From the human T2T-CHM13v2.0 reference genome, Homo sapiens: a DNA stretch of 64,000 nucleotides. Made by a program: the position numbers and the translations under genes. Below are positions 29,149 through 43,463 of the stretch, in pieces; position 1 is the first letter of the stretch, and every line of letters starts with the position of its first letter. The stretch lies in the NCBI RefSeq assembly GCF_009914755.1, contig NC_060925.1. One strand, given 5' to 3'. The notes beneath the pieces are model-generated. The model was not told the DNA's origin. It did no database searches and saw only the letters and a program-made list of their open reading frames with translations.

Positions 29149-31087
29149 GCTCTCACAACCAAAAATAAAATCATCACAATTACTCAATTACTGAGAGAGA
29201 GAGAGAGCATGAACGAGAGTTGCAAAGCAGAAAAATAATTAAAGCAACAAAAAACTATAAATTGTCATTACTCTTACTAAAAAGTTTAGCAAAGCCAGTA
29301 AAGAAAGTTAAGTAATTAAGCAAAGAGTATTATTTAATGTTGATACCAATCAGAGAGATTGGCATATTTATACACTTCTGGAGGAGGTATAAAATGGAAG
29401 AACTTGGAGGGCATTTTATTTACATGTCTCAAAGGTGTTTTAAATATACATAATCTCAATTTTGTATCTGGAAATTTGTCCTACTAAAATAATCATGATA
29501 AATACAAAAATGCTTATATCACTGTTTATTATGGAACTTAATTATCCCAAACTAAAGGATAGGTAAAATAAATTGTGATGCATTCAAACAATGAATTCCT
29601 TTAGAAGCACCTTAGAAAAAAACATTTAATGTATAAAAAAAATTTAAGGATATATTGCCAAGTGGAAAATAGAGCAGGTTTATAAAATTGTATCCTTTTA
29701 TCTAATTATTAAGAAAAAAACATATATAGCATTTTACATTTTTGTCTCTATATATCTCTATCATCCATCTATCTGTTTATATCTATGTATGGAGAGAAAC
29801 AAAAAAGTAAAATTACACCAACATGTTAACTTTGTTTATGTATTTTTAAATTGGGTTATGAGCCGGATTTTTTGTTTTCGTCTTTTTGGTTATCTATATT
29901 TTCAATGATTTCTACAAATAATAGGTGTTGTTTTGTGGTAAGAAAAAGTATAATGTAGTGTTTCAGATAAAAGTTTCTGGAGTAATCCTAAATATACCTC
30001 GAGCTATTTACTTTGCCTTTCTAAGCCTCAGTTTGTACATCTGTCGAATGCGAATATTTTGTGGAATAAGTGAGACAATGAATGTCAAGCATTTAAGCAT
30101 TTAATACATGCCTGCTCCAGAATAAGTGATCAATAAACATTTAATATTATTAATATATCATCATCATCATTATAAAGGGAACTGAGAATTAAGGAAGAAT
30201 CCCAAAGTGCATTCAATTCTACTGAGACATTATATTCAGGACTAAGAGGAGGTAGGAAATAGGCTTAGAGATCCCCATAATTATACAATGAAACAATCAC
30301 TAGAGCCTTTCTGGACTTCTGTTCCTGTAAATATAGAAGACTCAATGCAAATTAAAAAATCACTCTCCAAACAAATCCAAGCAGACATGAAAGAGCAGGC
30401 AGGAAGTCTGTGTGTTGCTTCAGTTACACAGTGATAAGTAAGAGGAGACATTTGAAACACCCCTTTCAAAAATCTAACATCTTTAATACAGGATAGCATA
30501 ACACTGAACTTTGTAAAGATGTCAGCTTCAACTAATATTATAATTACTGTATATGTCTTGCTCTTATGAGGGTTTTGTGTAGAAATAATTTTATTTCACT
30601 TTGTAGTTCTTTATTTGAAAAAAGCGTTAAAACCACATTACCAAAAATAGTCAATTATTTATTGTTTTAAATTATAAAATCATATTCTCTTGAATTTCCA
30701 TAGCTCCTCAGTGCCATTGGGCAAATATGAGAAAACAGATTAGCCAACAAAATTTTTAAAAGATAGAGCTTCTTAATCAGCTTTGCAGAATGACAGAAAA
30801 GTATATTTAAAAGTCATGAAGCCCTAGGACCAAATCTTGACTTTTTATTTAATAGTATTTATTATGTTTAAGGCCCTCATATACCCTTACATAGCTATGT
30901 AATCTTGGGTAAGTTACTTAGTTTTCCTGAACTTTAGTTTCCTAAACTATAAAATATAATAAAATATTTTTATTCTTATTTTGAGGATTAGAAATAAGCT
31001 TCTATTAATCCCAATATTAATATTTGGACAAAACACAAATGCATTAGTTTATGGCAGGAATACAACATACGGGAATATTTAAATGCA

Positions 31088-31126
<39 letters not shown>
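31088..31126. repeat. (GAT)13 trinucleotide repeat
   Basis: Directly counted. Confidence 0.95.
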
Positions 31127-31128
<2 letters not shown>

Positions 31129-31139
31129 CGGCAATGATG

Positions 31140-31470
31140 ATAGCAAACACATGGGGCTTATTGTATGCCAAACACTATTCTAAACACTTTATACATATAA
31201 ACTAACTTAATTCCCATAGCAACATTAAGGGTAGGAAACTGAGGCAGATAGAATTTAGAGAATTCCTTTAAAAGAATCTAGTAAAAAACATTTAATGTAT
31301 ACAAATATTTAGAATGTATTGCCAAGTAGAAAATAAAGCAGGCTTATAAGATAGTGTAAGGTAAGGTAAAATAGTGTAAGTATCTAGGTAAGAGCTAGAA
31401 AGTTATGAAGCCAGATTGAAAGGCAGGCAATCTGGCTGTAGGGTTGTTGTTCTTAAGCACTAGACTATAG
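31140..31470 (-). mobile_element. MIR carrying a ~100-bp foreign insert
   Basis: GGAAACTGAGGCAGATAGAATTTA core, resuming after 31360. Confidence 0.7.
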
Positions 31471-32039
31471 GGCCACTCTCTTATGCTTAGTCTCATCCTA
31501 TATATGGAGCTGTGTTTATGAGCCATTTAGAAATGCATTATCTTACAAGTATCTTGCTTACAGAAAATGAATTTTTCCTTGTGATATGTGAGTCTACCTA
31601 CTTTTTCCATTTTGCCCAGGGTTAATGAACTGCATCAAGATCCAGAAAGAGAATAATAAAAGGAGAGTTGAGTTCCAATTGCCTAGGAAGGCTATGACAA
31701 CACTTCACCTGCTGGACTTGATTTTGGGGAAAAGACAGGGTTAGATTGGCTCTAATTATAATAGATAATACTAAAGTTTTTATTTATGAAATATGTATGT
31801 ACAATGCTGAACACTTTATATGCATGATCTCATTTCATTCTAATGACAATCCAATAATACCAGCATTTCTATTTCATGTTACAGATGGGTAAGTTGAAAC
31901 CACGACTAACTTGTTCAAATCTGTATAGCCAATAAATGGCAAAATGAAGGTATGAGTTAAACTCTATTTGACCCAGAAGACTTTAAACCTGTTTCACTAT
32001 CACACCAGGTCATGAGACTTATGTTCATATAAAAATTAA

Positions 32040-33135
32040 AATAGGTATGGTTGTGAGAAACTAAAAAAATTACAATGTCATTAACACAATAAAAGTTTAT
32101 TTTTCTCACACATACAAAAAGTCTGGAATTAGGCACTCTAGGCTTGGTGTGGTGACTCCACCATTGCCAGAACTCAGCCTTTTTCTATTTTTCTACCCAT
32201 TATCCTTACTATGCTACCTCCTAGTTCAAGATGGCTGATCAAACTCCAGCTATTATGTCCATATCCCAGCCTACAGGAAAGAGAATGGCACAAAGTAGGA
32301 TGTGACTCCTCCCTTAAGAATACCAGTTTCTCAAAAAACTCATAGATACAGTCTTAGTCTGTTTTATACTGCTATAAATATACCTGAGACTGAGTAATTT
32401 ATAATGAACAGATATTTATTGGCTCACAGTTCAAATCAAGGTTCCAGCCAGGGCCTTCCTGCTGAGTCATCAAATGGCAGAAGGCAAGAGGAAGAAGACA
32501 GAGAAAGAGGAGGCTAAATTCATCCTTCCATAAGGGCACCAATCTCATTTCTTAGGCTGAAGCCCTCAAGGCCTAATCAGCTTTTAAAAGTCCCACCTCT
32601 TAATACTGTTACTGTGGTAATTAAATTTCTTTCTTTCTATTTTTTTTAAGGTAGGGTCTCACTCTGCTGTTCAGGCTAGAGTACAGTGGTACCATTACAG
32701 ACGGTTCACTACAGCCTCAACCTCTGGGCTCAAGACATCCTTCCACCTCCATCTCCCGAGTAGCTGGGCCCACAGACGTATACCACTACACCTGGTTGAT
32801 TTTTGTATTTTTTGTAGAGACAGGGTTTTACCATGTTGCCCAGCTGGTCTTGAACTCCTGGGCACAAGCAATTCACCCACCTCGGCCTCCCAAAGTGTTG
32901 GGATTAGAGGTGTGAGCCACCATGCCCAGCTGGTAATTAAATTTCAAAACAAGTTTTGAAGGGAAAAAAAAAATTTAAACCATAGCACATATGCTGACAT
33001 TTCTCTAGCTATGAGAGTATGGAGACTGCAGTCTTTGTTCAGAGAGTGATCTACACAGCTAAAATAAAGGGTTTTACTATTAAGGAAGCAGAGGAGAATG
33101 GACAGTAAAGTAGACAAGTAGCAATATCTGCTACA
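32040..33135 (-). mobile_element. Nested MaLRs: MLT1J-like host, MST-like LTR (32350-32987), AluJ (32630-32930)
   Basis: MST ends GTCTTAGTC...AAACCATAGCA; Alu TSD TGGTAATTAAATTTC (32615 and 32931); host ends ATCTGCTACA. Confidence 0.75.
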
Positions 33136-33438
33136 GTGTATACAGAGAAGAAGAAAATGACTTTTACATCTAATTCAATGTAGTGTGAAACAGAGGCAGT
33201 ACACACAAGGAAGAATCCAGAGCCAGAGGTAACTATGAAAATGCGAGATCTCCTCCAAGGAAACTTCACAGAAATCTTGGAGGAGCTTAGACTTCCATAG
33301 GATGTGAAATAGGAATCTAAATTAGTTTTAGCTAGGTTTCAATAAACTGAGAGACACCCCTCACCACTATCACCCCAAACAGGAGGTGAGTGGCTTTGAG
33401 GAGCGTGACTCAAAGTAAACAACTTCTGCCTTAAGATG

Positions 33439-33800
33439 TGTATTAGTCCATTTTCACACTGCTATAAAGATACTACCTGAGACTGAGTAATTTATAAAAG
33501 AAAGAGGTTTAATTGACTCACAGTTCTTCATGGCTGGGGAGGCCTCAGGAAATTTACAATCATAGCAGAAGGGGAAGGGGAAGCAAGGCATGTCTTCACA
33601 AGGTGGCAGGAGAGAGAAAGAGTGAAAGTAGAAGTGCTACTTTTAAACCATCAGATCTAGTGAAAACTCACTCACTAGCAGGATAACAGCATGGGGGAAA
33701 CAGCCCTCATGTTCCAGTCACTCCCACAAGGTCACTCCCTCAACATGTGGGGATTCAATTGAAGATGAAAATTGGGTGGGGACACAGCTAAACCATACCA
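33439..33800 (-). mobile_element. MaLR LTR (THE1D/MSTA-like)
   Basis: TGTATTAGTCCATTTTCACACTGCTATAAAG...AAACCATACCA. Confidence 0.88.
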
Positions 33801-34029
33801 GGATAAATAATCTTACTCACTAGTGCAGTCTCTGAGGTTACCTCCACTTTGAATCTGTTAGGACCTACAGAACCTACTTGGTCCTCCCTGCCTTTGACCC
33901 CATCCCAGGCCCAGATTTACTGCCTGAACTTGGGGATTAATGCTATATCCTTACACCCTAGAAAAGTTTCTGTTATACAGTAAGCACTCAAAAAATATTT
34001 TCTAAGTTAAATTTAAAAATATATATAAA

Positions 34030-34432
34030 TCAAGATGTCAAACCTCATAATCAGACAACCATAAATTAAAACAATGAGATGCCCTTTTCTACTCATCAAA
34101 CTGATAACAATTAAAAAGCATGATAATGTTAAGTGCTGGTCAAAAAGTATGGAAAACAGTATTCTCATACACTGCCAGTAAGACTGTAAACTAATAATCC
34201 AGTTTGGAAACTATATGGCAGCCTCTAATGAAATAGAAAATTTATATATCCTGTGACCCAACAATCCCACTTCTAGGTATATGTCTTAGAGAAATGCTCA
34301 CATATGAGTAAAAACTACCACATGCATATGCTTAATGCAGCATGATTTTCAATGTCAGAAAAACTGGAAACTTGTTCAATGTCCATCCATAGGAGAAAGG
34401 GTTTATAATGTGTTATGTTCATACGATGGAAT
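34030..34432 (+). mobile_element. L1ME-like fragment
   Basis: TGACCCAACAATCCCACTTCTAGGTATAT motif. Confidence 0.75.
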
Positions 34433-35114
34433 AATAGCTAAGTGCTTGAGACTTCTATTACTCACTATACCGAGTTCTCCTTTCCTTCTGAACATACTTC
34501 TATATATCCTTTGCATTCAGGTGGGGTAATGTGATTATCGTTGGCCAATAACTTATGAATGGAAATGACACTTCTGCACTGAAGCGTTTAATTGCTTATG
34601 TGAGACCCTACAGCTTTCTTTTCTCCCACTGTTGTGATTGAGGAGGTTTTATTTTTCAGATGGTGTACTACAAAAATGGTGAAAACTTATTCAGCCTGGG
34701 CCCTGAGTAAATTTTTAGAGCAGAGCATGCCACCAACCCAGGTTAATCCTGGTTATTTAGCAGGAATAAGAAATGAGCATTGCTCTGTTAAATAACTGAG
34801 ATTTGGGGAACCAAACCTTTCCTGATTAATGAAAAATAATTAAGGGGAACAGACTAGAGCATAGCTAGTTTTAGTTTTTGAAACTACACAGTTCTCAGAA
34901 GCATATGTAGAAATAAATAGGCAAATTCCAAAATAGTTTTTATAGCATGATGTTATTTTTGTAAACACAAAACCATACACACATTAAAAAAATGCCAGGT
35001 GATTGTATGTGGATGAAAATCAATGATACATGAAAATGGACAGGAAGGTAACATAATCTTCAGTGAATGAGGATAAGAAATGAGACTCTTTTTAAATAAA
35101 AGCCATTTTAGCTA

Positions 35115-35555
35115 TGTAGTAGGTTGAATGACAGTCGTCCAAAATTTATGTTCACATCCAAATCACTGGAACTTGTGGATATTACCTTATTTGAAAAAAG
35201 GGTCTTTATAGTTGTAATTAAGGATTCTGAGATGAAATCATCTTAGATTATCCAGTGGGCTCTAAATCCAATGTGTCATTATAAAAAACAAAAAAGGAAA
35301 AGGTGATGTGAAAATGAAGGCAGAAATTGGAGTGCTGTGACCAAAAAGCTAAAGAAGTTAAGGAATGCTTGGAGCCACCAGAGGCTGGGAGAGGCAAGGA
35401 AGGAATCTCTCTTACAGCTTCCAGAACAAGTGTGGCCTTGTGAACACCTTGACTTCAGACTTCTGGCCTCCAGAACTATGAGAGAATAAATTTTTGTTAT
35501 TTTAAGTCACCTGGTTTGTAGTAATTTGTTGCATTATCCTGAGAAAACTAAATCA
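35115..35555 (+). mobile_element. MLT1C-like MaLR LTR
   Basis: CCACCAGAGGCTGGGAGAGGCAAGGAAGGA...TTCTGGCCTCCAGAACTATGAGAGAATAAA. Confidence 0.85.
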
Positions 35556-35880
35556 ATCAGTAATGCCTCCTTTCTCAAAACAAAATAATGGGAAGCAAAT
35601 ATAACAGAATATTAGTGGCTGTTAATTCTGAGTGGGAAACAAGTATTTTTGTAATATTTCTTATATTGTCCTACATTTTTTAATTTCTCAAAATAAAATT
35701 TAAAATGAATTTTTAACTTGGATTATATTGTAAAATTAATTACAGTTTGTTGCATAATTTTATGCAGTTAACTGCTTTGTAAATGCTTAAAACCCTGACA
35801 AGAGAAACAGTTTTGATTGTAAACACACTCATTGTAAATGGTCCACCATTACAATGACTTTCAAGGCCTTTCACATTTGA

Positions 35881-36289
<409 letters not shown>

Positions 36290-36348
36290 TAAGTCTTCAT
36301 GACTTTTCTCCTGCTGTTTCCATCACTTAAAATGGCCAGCCCCTAAGG

Positions 36349-36483
36349 TGGTGGCGGGTGCCGGTAGACTGAGGCAGGAGAATGGCGTGAATCCAGGAGG
36401 CAGAGCTTGCAGTGAGCCAAGATTGCACCACTGCACTCCAGCCTGGGTGGCAGAGCGAGGCCCCGTTTCAGAAAAAAAAAAAA
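36349..36483 (+). mobile_element. AluY-like right-arm fragment
   Basis: AATGGCGTGAA and GAGCTTGCAG diagnostics; TSD AGCCCCTAAGG (36338 and 36484). Confidence 0.88.
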
Positions 36484-37660
36484 AGCCCCTAAGGCCTGGC
36501 AAACTCCCACTACTTCTAGATCCAGTTCAAAAGATACCTATAGAGGAAGCCATCTCTGATTCCTCAGCTAGAATTAGTTTCTCCTTTGTACTCTCTTAGC
36601 ATTTAGTTTATAATGAATTCTAATATTTTAGTTGCTTTTTCCCTGACAGTCTTTGCCTCTGAAATAGAATTAGTCAAAACTGTAATTAATTACATCTATA
36701 TCCCCAATAACTAACACAGTGCCTGACACAGACCAGGATTCCAGTGAATGCTAGCTAAACAAATTAACGAATAAATGACTTTCATAATTCAGTGCTTCTT
36801 ATCCTGAATTTCTATATGGTCCAAACATCACAACCTATTGTCAATTTAAGAAAGATATCTATCTGCCGCAAAACAAATTAACCCAAAACTAATTTCTATC
36901 TAACAGCATTAATCACCAGAGAATGTCTTCTGAAGAAAAAAGAGAAACTACCTCAGAGCTGCTTTAACAACAGAAAATTCATCTCAACCCCTGGCTATGA
37001 GCCCATGCTCACTGCATTGGGTTCAGCACAGAGACCAGCACTCTCATGGCATTCTGAATAATTATCCAACAGAGCTTGGCACTCTCTCCAGCAGCCTGAC
37101 CTACAACTTGTATTCTGAAGAAAAAAAAACACACAAAATCAAAACTGAGCCACTTTTGTTTGCTTTATTAGAATATCAGAGGGAGAAAGATGTTTTAAAA
37201 AATCAACCATTACTTTCCTCCTGGCACCAAGACTGCCTTCCCAAATGTCTGTGTTTACAGGGCATTAGAAAGTACTGAATTTGTTTCCTTAAAATAAAGT
37301 GAGTCCTAGAAAAGCAGGTATCTAGGAGTGACCTTCAGCAGCATAGAACCAGGGGAAAATCACAGCATCTGACATTATTCCTCCATCTTTACATTCAACA
37401 ATGTGTTTGTTGCAGAAATCTCTAAATATCAGCTCCAATTGGCTTCTCTCACACTCAGAAGCCTTCACTGCCCACTATAATCTATACATTTCTGAACACT
37501 TCTAACATATTTGCCTTAGTATCTATATATATATCCAGTGTTTATCACAGTGAGTGACACATAGTGGTCTGAGTATGTTGAATGAATGAGTAAATCAATG
37601 ATCACACAGTCCTTATATTAGGAACATGGAGAGAAAAAAGGAGGAATATTGTCATGTTGA

Positions 37661-37981
<321 letters not shown>

Positions 37982-38374
37982 TATGTTTTTCTTTTTTAAT
38001 GAAGATAACTTACAAACAGGAAAGTACAAAAATCTTTAGTGGCAGCCCATTACATTTTTGCATGTCTGCTTCTTAAGGAAAAGTGTTAGCATCTCATGAT
38101 CATTTAATCCCATTAACTCCCCTCTACCTTTTCCGCTACCACTGTCAAATATATAACTTCTACCCATGTTATAATACCCAGAAGCCATTATTACCACTGT
38201 TGTTTTAAAACAGTCAATATCCCTTTTCTTCATATATTTACCATTTCCATTGCTTCTCATTCCTTCCTGTGGCTCTGAGAATTTTTGAGAATTTATGAAG
38301 GACATTTAATAACCGATTCAAGAAACCATATGTTGAAAGCAAAATAAATACAAAGGAAATTATACTTAGGAACT

Positions 38375-38789
38375 TGATATAGTTTGGATCTGTGTCTCCA
38401 CCAAATCTCATATTCAATTGTAATCCCCAATGTTGCAGATGCCTGGTGGGAAGAGATTGGATCATGGGGATGGATTTCTCATGAATGGTTTAGCACCATC
38501 GTCTTGGTGCTATCTATTCTCATGATAGTGAGTTCTCATTAGATCCGATCATTTAAAAGCATGTAGGACGTCCCTTCTCTCTCTCTTGCTCCTGTTCCCT
38601 CCATGGGAGACTTTTCAGTCTGCCTTTGCCTTCCACCATGAATGAAAGCTTTCTGAGGCCCCCTGAGAAGCAGGAGCTGCTATGCTTCCTGTACAACATG
38701 CAGAACCGTGAGCCAATTAAACTTATTTTCTTTATAATTTACCCAGTCTCAGGTATTTCTTTATAGTAGTTTGATAACGGACTAATATA
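38375..38789 (+). mobile_element. MaLR LTR (MSTA/MSTB-like)
   Basis: Perfect 5-bp TSD GAACT; TGATATAGTTTGG...GACTAATATA. Confidence 0.88.
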
Positions 38790-39494
38790 GAACTTCATAG
38801 TCAAACTGCTAAAACTCACCTTGGATCATTTGTCTTTACCCTGAAGAACTTCCTTTAGTCTTTCTTGTGGTCCAGGTCTGCAAGGAATAAATTTTCTGAG
38901 ATTTTGTTTACTTTCATTTTTGAAGGATATTTTCACTAGAAATAGAATTTCTAGGTTTTTAAAAAAATTCCCCTTTGAGCACTTTAAAGATGCCAATCTA
39001 TTGTCTTCTGACTTCTACCATTTCTATTGAAAGGTCATACCTATTTTACTCTTGAAGATTATTGGTCTTTTATCCAGGGCTATGTTTAAGATTTTCCCTG
39101 TCATGAGGTTAATTCTTCAAGGGAATATTTGAATAGATAGCCTAAAGCTTAGAGGAGAGACATTTTGGGGAATCAGCCATGAGGGTGAATGAGATTATCC
39201 AGGGATAGTATAAAGAGAAGGGAAGGAAAATAATTAAAGAAAAGGAGAAGATAGGGAAATATTTAGGATGCAATAAAATGGGGAGGAACCCATAACTGAC
39301 ACAAAGAAAGAATGAGAGAAGGAAGAGATTAAGGATTATATGGTATCTTGAAAAGAAGGGAATAGAGTCATGAAGAAGGAAATCATCAACAGTGTCAAGT
39401 TATGAGGCAGGGTTCAGTTAGATGAGCATAAGGAGGCATTCTTTACATTAGGAAAAATAGAAATTACTGGAAAAAATACCACTGTATGACATTT

Positions 39495-39975
39495 TGTATG
39501 GTTTCTTATTGCTCCTATAACAAGTTATCACAAATGTAATGGCTTAAAACAACCCAAATCTATTAAACAGTTTTGAAGGTAAGAAGTTCTAAAATCAAGG
39601 CATTGACATTATTACATTGCTTCTGGGGCTCTAGGGGAGAATCTGTTTATCTGCCTTCTCTAGCTTCTAGAGTCTACCTGCGTTTCTGGCTTGTGGCTCC
39701 TTCTATCTTTAAGGTCATCAGCAGAGCATCTTAAAATTTCTCTCTCTCTCTGGCCTTTCTGCTTCTCTCATGTCTCCTCTGACTTTAACCTTCCAGTCTC
39801 CCTCTTACAAGGACCCTTGTGATTATATTAGGCCCACTTGGATAATCCAGCATAATCGTCTCATCTCAGAATCCTTAATTGCATATTCAAAGTCCCTTTG
39901 CCATGTAAGGTAACATATTTAAAGGCTTTGGGGAGTAGGACATGGACATTTTGTGGGGGGGCCTTGCCTACCATA
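39495..39975 (-). mobile_element. MLT1C-like MaLR LTR
   Basis: GGCTTAAAACAAC...CTAGGGGAGAATC...TTTGCCATGTAAGGTAACATATT. Confidence 0.82.
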
Positions 39976-40106
39976 ATCATGTCACATCACCTCTTATCTG
40001 CATCTCAGTTCTCTTATTTGCAAGATGAGCATAATTTACTAAACAAACTAGGCTGCTGAAAGTATTCATTTAAAGTAAGTTGAATCCTGGGGTTCAAGGC
40101 AGACTA

Positions 40107-40508
40107 TTATCTTAGTCCATTCATGCTGTCATACCAAAATCAGAGACTGGGTAATTTATAAACAATAGAATTTTATTTCTCATAATTTTGAAGGCTGGGA
40201 AATAAAAAATCAAGGCCCCAACAAGAATGGGGTTGGTGAGGGCTGCTCTCTGCTTCCAAGATGGCGCCTTGCTGCAGCATCCCCCAGAGGGGAGTAAGGC
40301 TATGTCTTCACATAGTGGAACAGACAGAAAAGCAAGGTAGTGCTCCCTTCAACCTCAAGCTGTCTTATAGAGGTGCTAATTCCATTCATAAGGGCGGAGT
40401 CCTCATGACTTAATCACCTCCTAAAGGCCACATCTCTTAATACAGTTGCATTAGAGATTAAATTTCAACATGAATTTTGGAAGGAAAACCATCATTCAAA
40501 CCATAGCA
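40107..40508 (-). mobile_element. MST/MLT1A-type MaLR LTR
   Basis: CTTAGTCCATT...GACTGGGTAATTTATAAAC...CATTCAAACCATAGCA. Confidence 0.82.
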
Positions 40509-41725
40509 AGTCATTAATAAACAGTGGTTAAAACTGAATCTTAATTTCTCTGCCACTGATGGGAGATGATATGGGAAGAGGGAGTTATAGATTAGGCAGC
40601 ATGTCAAGGTAATATCCTGGCAAATAAGCTACAGGTGTTTTAAGGACAGGGTTCCCTAACAGGTGAGAAAAAAAGAGACATTTCCGTTTTGAAAAAGGAG
40701 ACAAATATTCCCTAGCAATAAGCTCAAATGTCTCTCAGCAAACTGTCCTGCAAGAAAGGAAATTAACAACAACAAACCAAAGGTGAAAGGAACTGGAGAG
40801 AGAAATAAGCCCACGTGTAATCACCTGGGAATCTGCAGTCCCCTGATCTCCTGAGGCCATGCCTTCCAAGATGAACTTAAGAATTGCTAGACAGAAAATG
40901 ATTAAAAATAAAAAAAGGCAATATTATCTTCCTGTTCATGATTTTGGTTTCCATTTCAAGTTTCAATTTCACTTGAACAGCTATAGTCCTCTACTGAACA
41001 ATACCAATATTGGTTATAATAAGTATTAGTGGAAGAGAAGAGGGCTCTGGAATGAAGAAACATGGAATCTAGTTCCAAGTCTGCAACTAATTTACTGGGT
41101 AATTTTAAGCAAATTTATTCTTCTTGTCTTGGTTTTCTCACGTATAAACCAAGAACTGCACTGAGCTAACATGCCATACACTTTTATTAATGGGGTCTAG
41201 TCCTCTCTTTTTCTCAGAGATCTCATTTATTTTCATGACTGTGATGTCACTTCTATATTAATAACTCCCAAATAATGCTATCCTTTCACTAGCAATCAGA
41301 GTTGTAGCTTCAACTATCCATTAACAATTTCTACCTGGTCATTCTGCTACCACCTCACACTCAACATGACAGAAACTTCATTCAAGTGCCTTAAGTCCAT
41401 GTGCTTACCTATCTCATTTTAGTTCCAACTATTCCCCAATACCTTCCACTTCATGTAAAGTGAATAGCCATTCACCCTCCCCAACAAACCAACTCCTGTT
41501 ATCCCATCTCAATATTCCAGGGATCTTTATTTGTTTATGTTATCTCTGCATGGCATGCAGTGCCCTCTATCCTTGGGCCATCTTAGTGTAGGATCTTAAT
41601 TTCCTATAATAATCATATTAAAAATTATGATATATGTGCATTTAGTAGAAGTTTCTGTACTACTAATCTGAATAATGAATTGACTTATTGTGTCACTCTG
41701 GACCAGCTATAATACCTCTCTAAGT

Positions 41726-42381
<656 letters not shown>

Positions 42382-42834
42382 GCACATGTGAACACATGTG
42401 AACATTCCTCATGCTATTTTCTTTGTCTATCAAAATTCTATTAATCTTTCAAGTGTGGCCCATTAATGCTAGTTATGTGAAATCTTTCTGAGTTTGTCAT
42501 TAACCGTGGAAATATACTGACAGTTGGAATGTGATAATTCTCTACATTCACACTCTGCATCTACATAATATCACAAGGTCTGTCTTATATATATTTACTT
42601 GAGAACATATGTATCTTTCTCTCCCATCAGTCAGAGACTATGACTGCATCTGCAGTGCTCTGCTCCATGCTTGTCAACAAAGAGGCAATCAGAAAATGCT
42701 TGTTGAATGAATCTATGAAAAACACGGAATGAAAAGAAAGGTGAGGAAATTAGACATCCATGTTTTATACTCATTGTGATATTTCCTATTTGGAACCAAA
42801 AATGTAGCTACATAACCTCCTTTAAAATTCTTTT

Positions 42835-43133
42835 GGCCAGACATGGTGGCTTCGCACCTGTAATCCCAGCACTTTGGGAGGCCGAGGTGGGCAGATCACC
42901 TGAGGTCAGGAGTTCAAGACCAGCCTGGCCAAAATGGTGAAACCCTGTCCCTACTAAAAATACAAAAATTAGCTGGGCATAGTGGTGCACACCTGTAATT
43001 CCAGCTACTTGGGAGGCTGAGGCAGGAGAACTGCTTGAACCTGGGAGGCAGAGATGGCAGTGGGCCAAGATGGCGCTCCACTCTGCACAAGTCTGGGTGA
43101 CAGAGCGAGACTGTGTCTCAAAATAAAATAAAA
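42835..43133 (+). mobile_element. AluSx/Sq-like
   Basis: TSD TAAAATTCTT. Confidence 0.92.
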
Positions 43134-43463
43134 TAAAATTCTTCTGAGAGAAAAAAAGAAAATCCCATGACATAAAAGCATTTAAATGAAGTTTGGAGTT
43201 TCATTTGTCTTTTAGGCTCCAAGTCTAATAATGCTATTTAGCATTTCTATAGTATTTAACATTTGCAAAGCACAGTGTTAATTAATTAATCCTAATGTTC
43301 ATAAGGCAGGTCAATATTATGATCCTTCCTGAAAAGTTAAGAATATGAAAATTCAAAGGTATCTTGCCTTTTCCTTTTAGAACATGAGACACTGCTGAAT
43401 ATTATTACAAATATAAAATAGTGTTTTGGAATAGAAATTAATAAAGTTCAGAAATGAAGCAAA

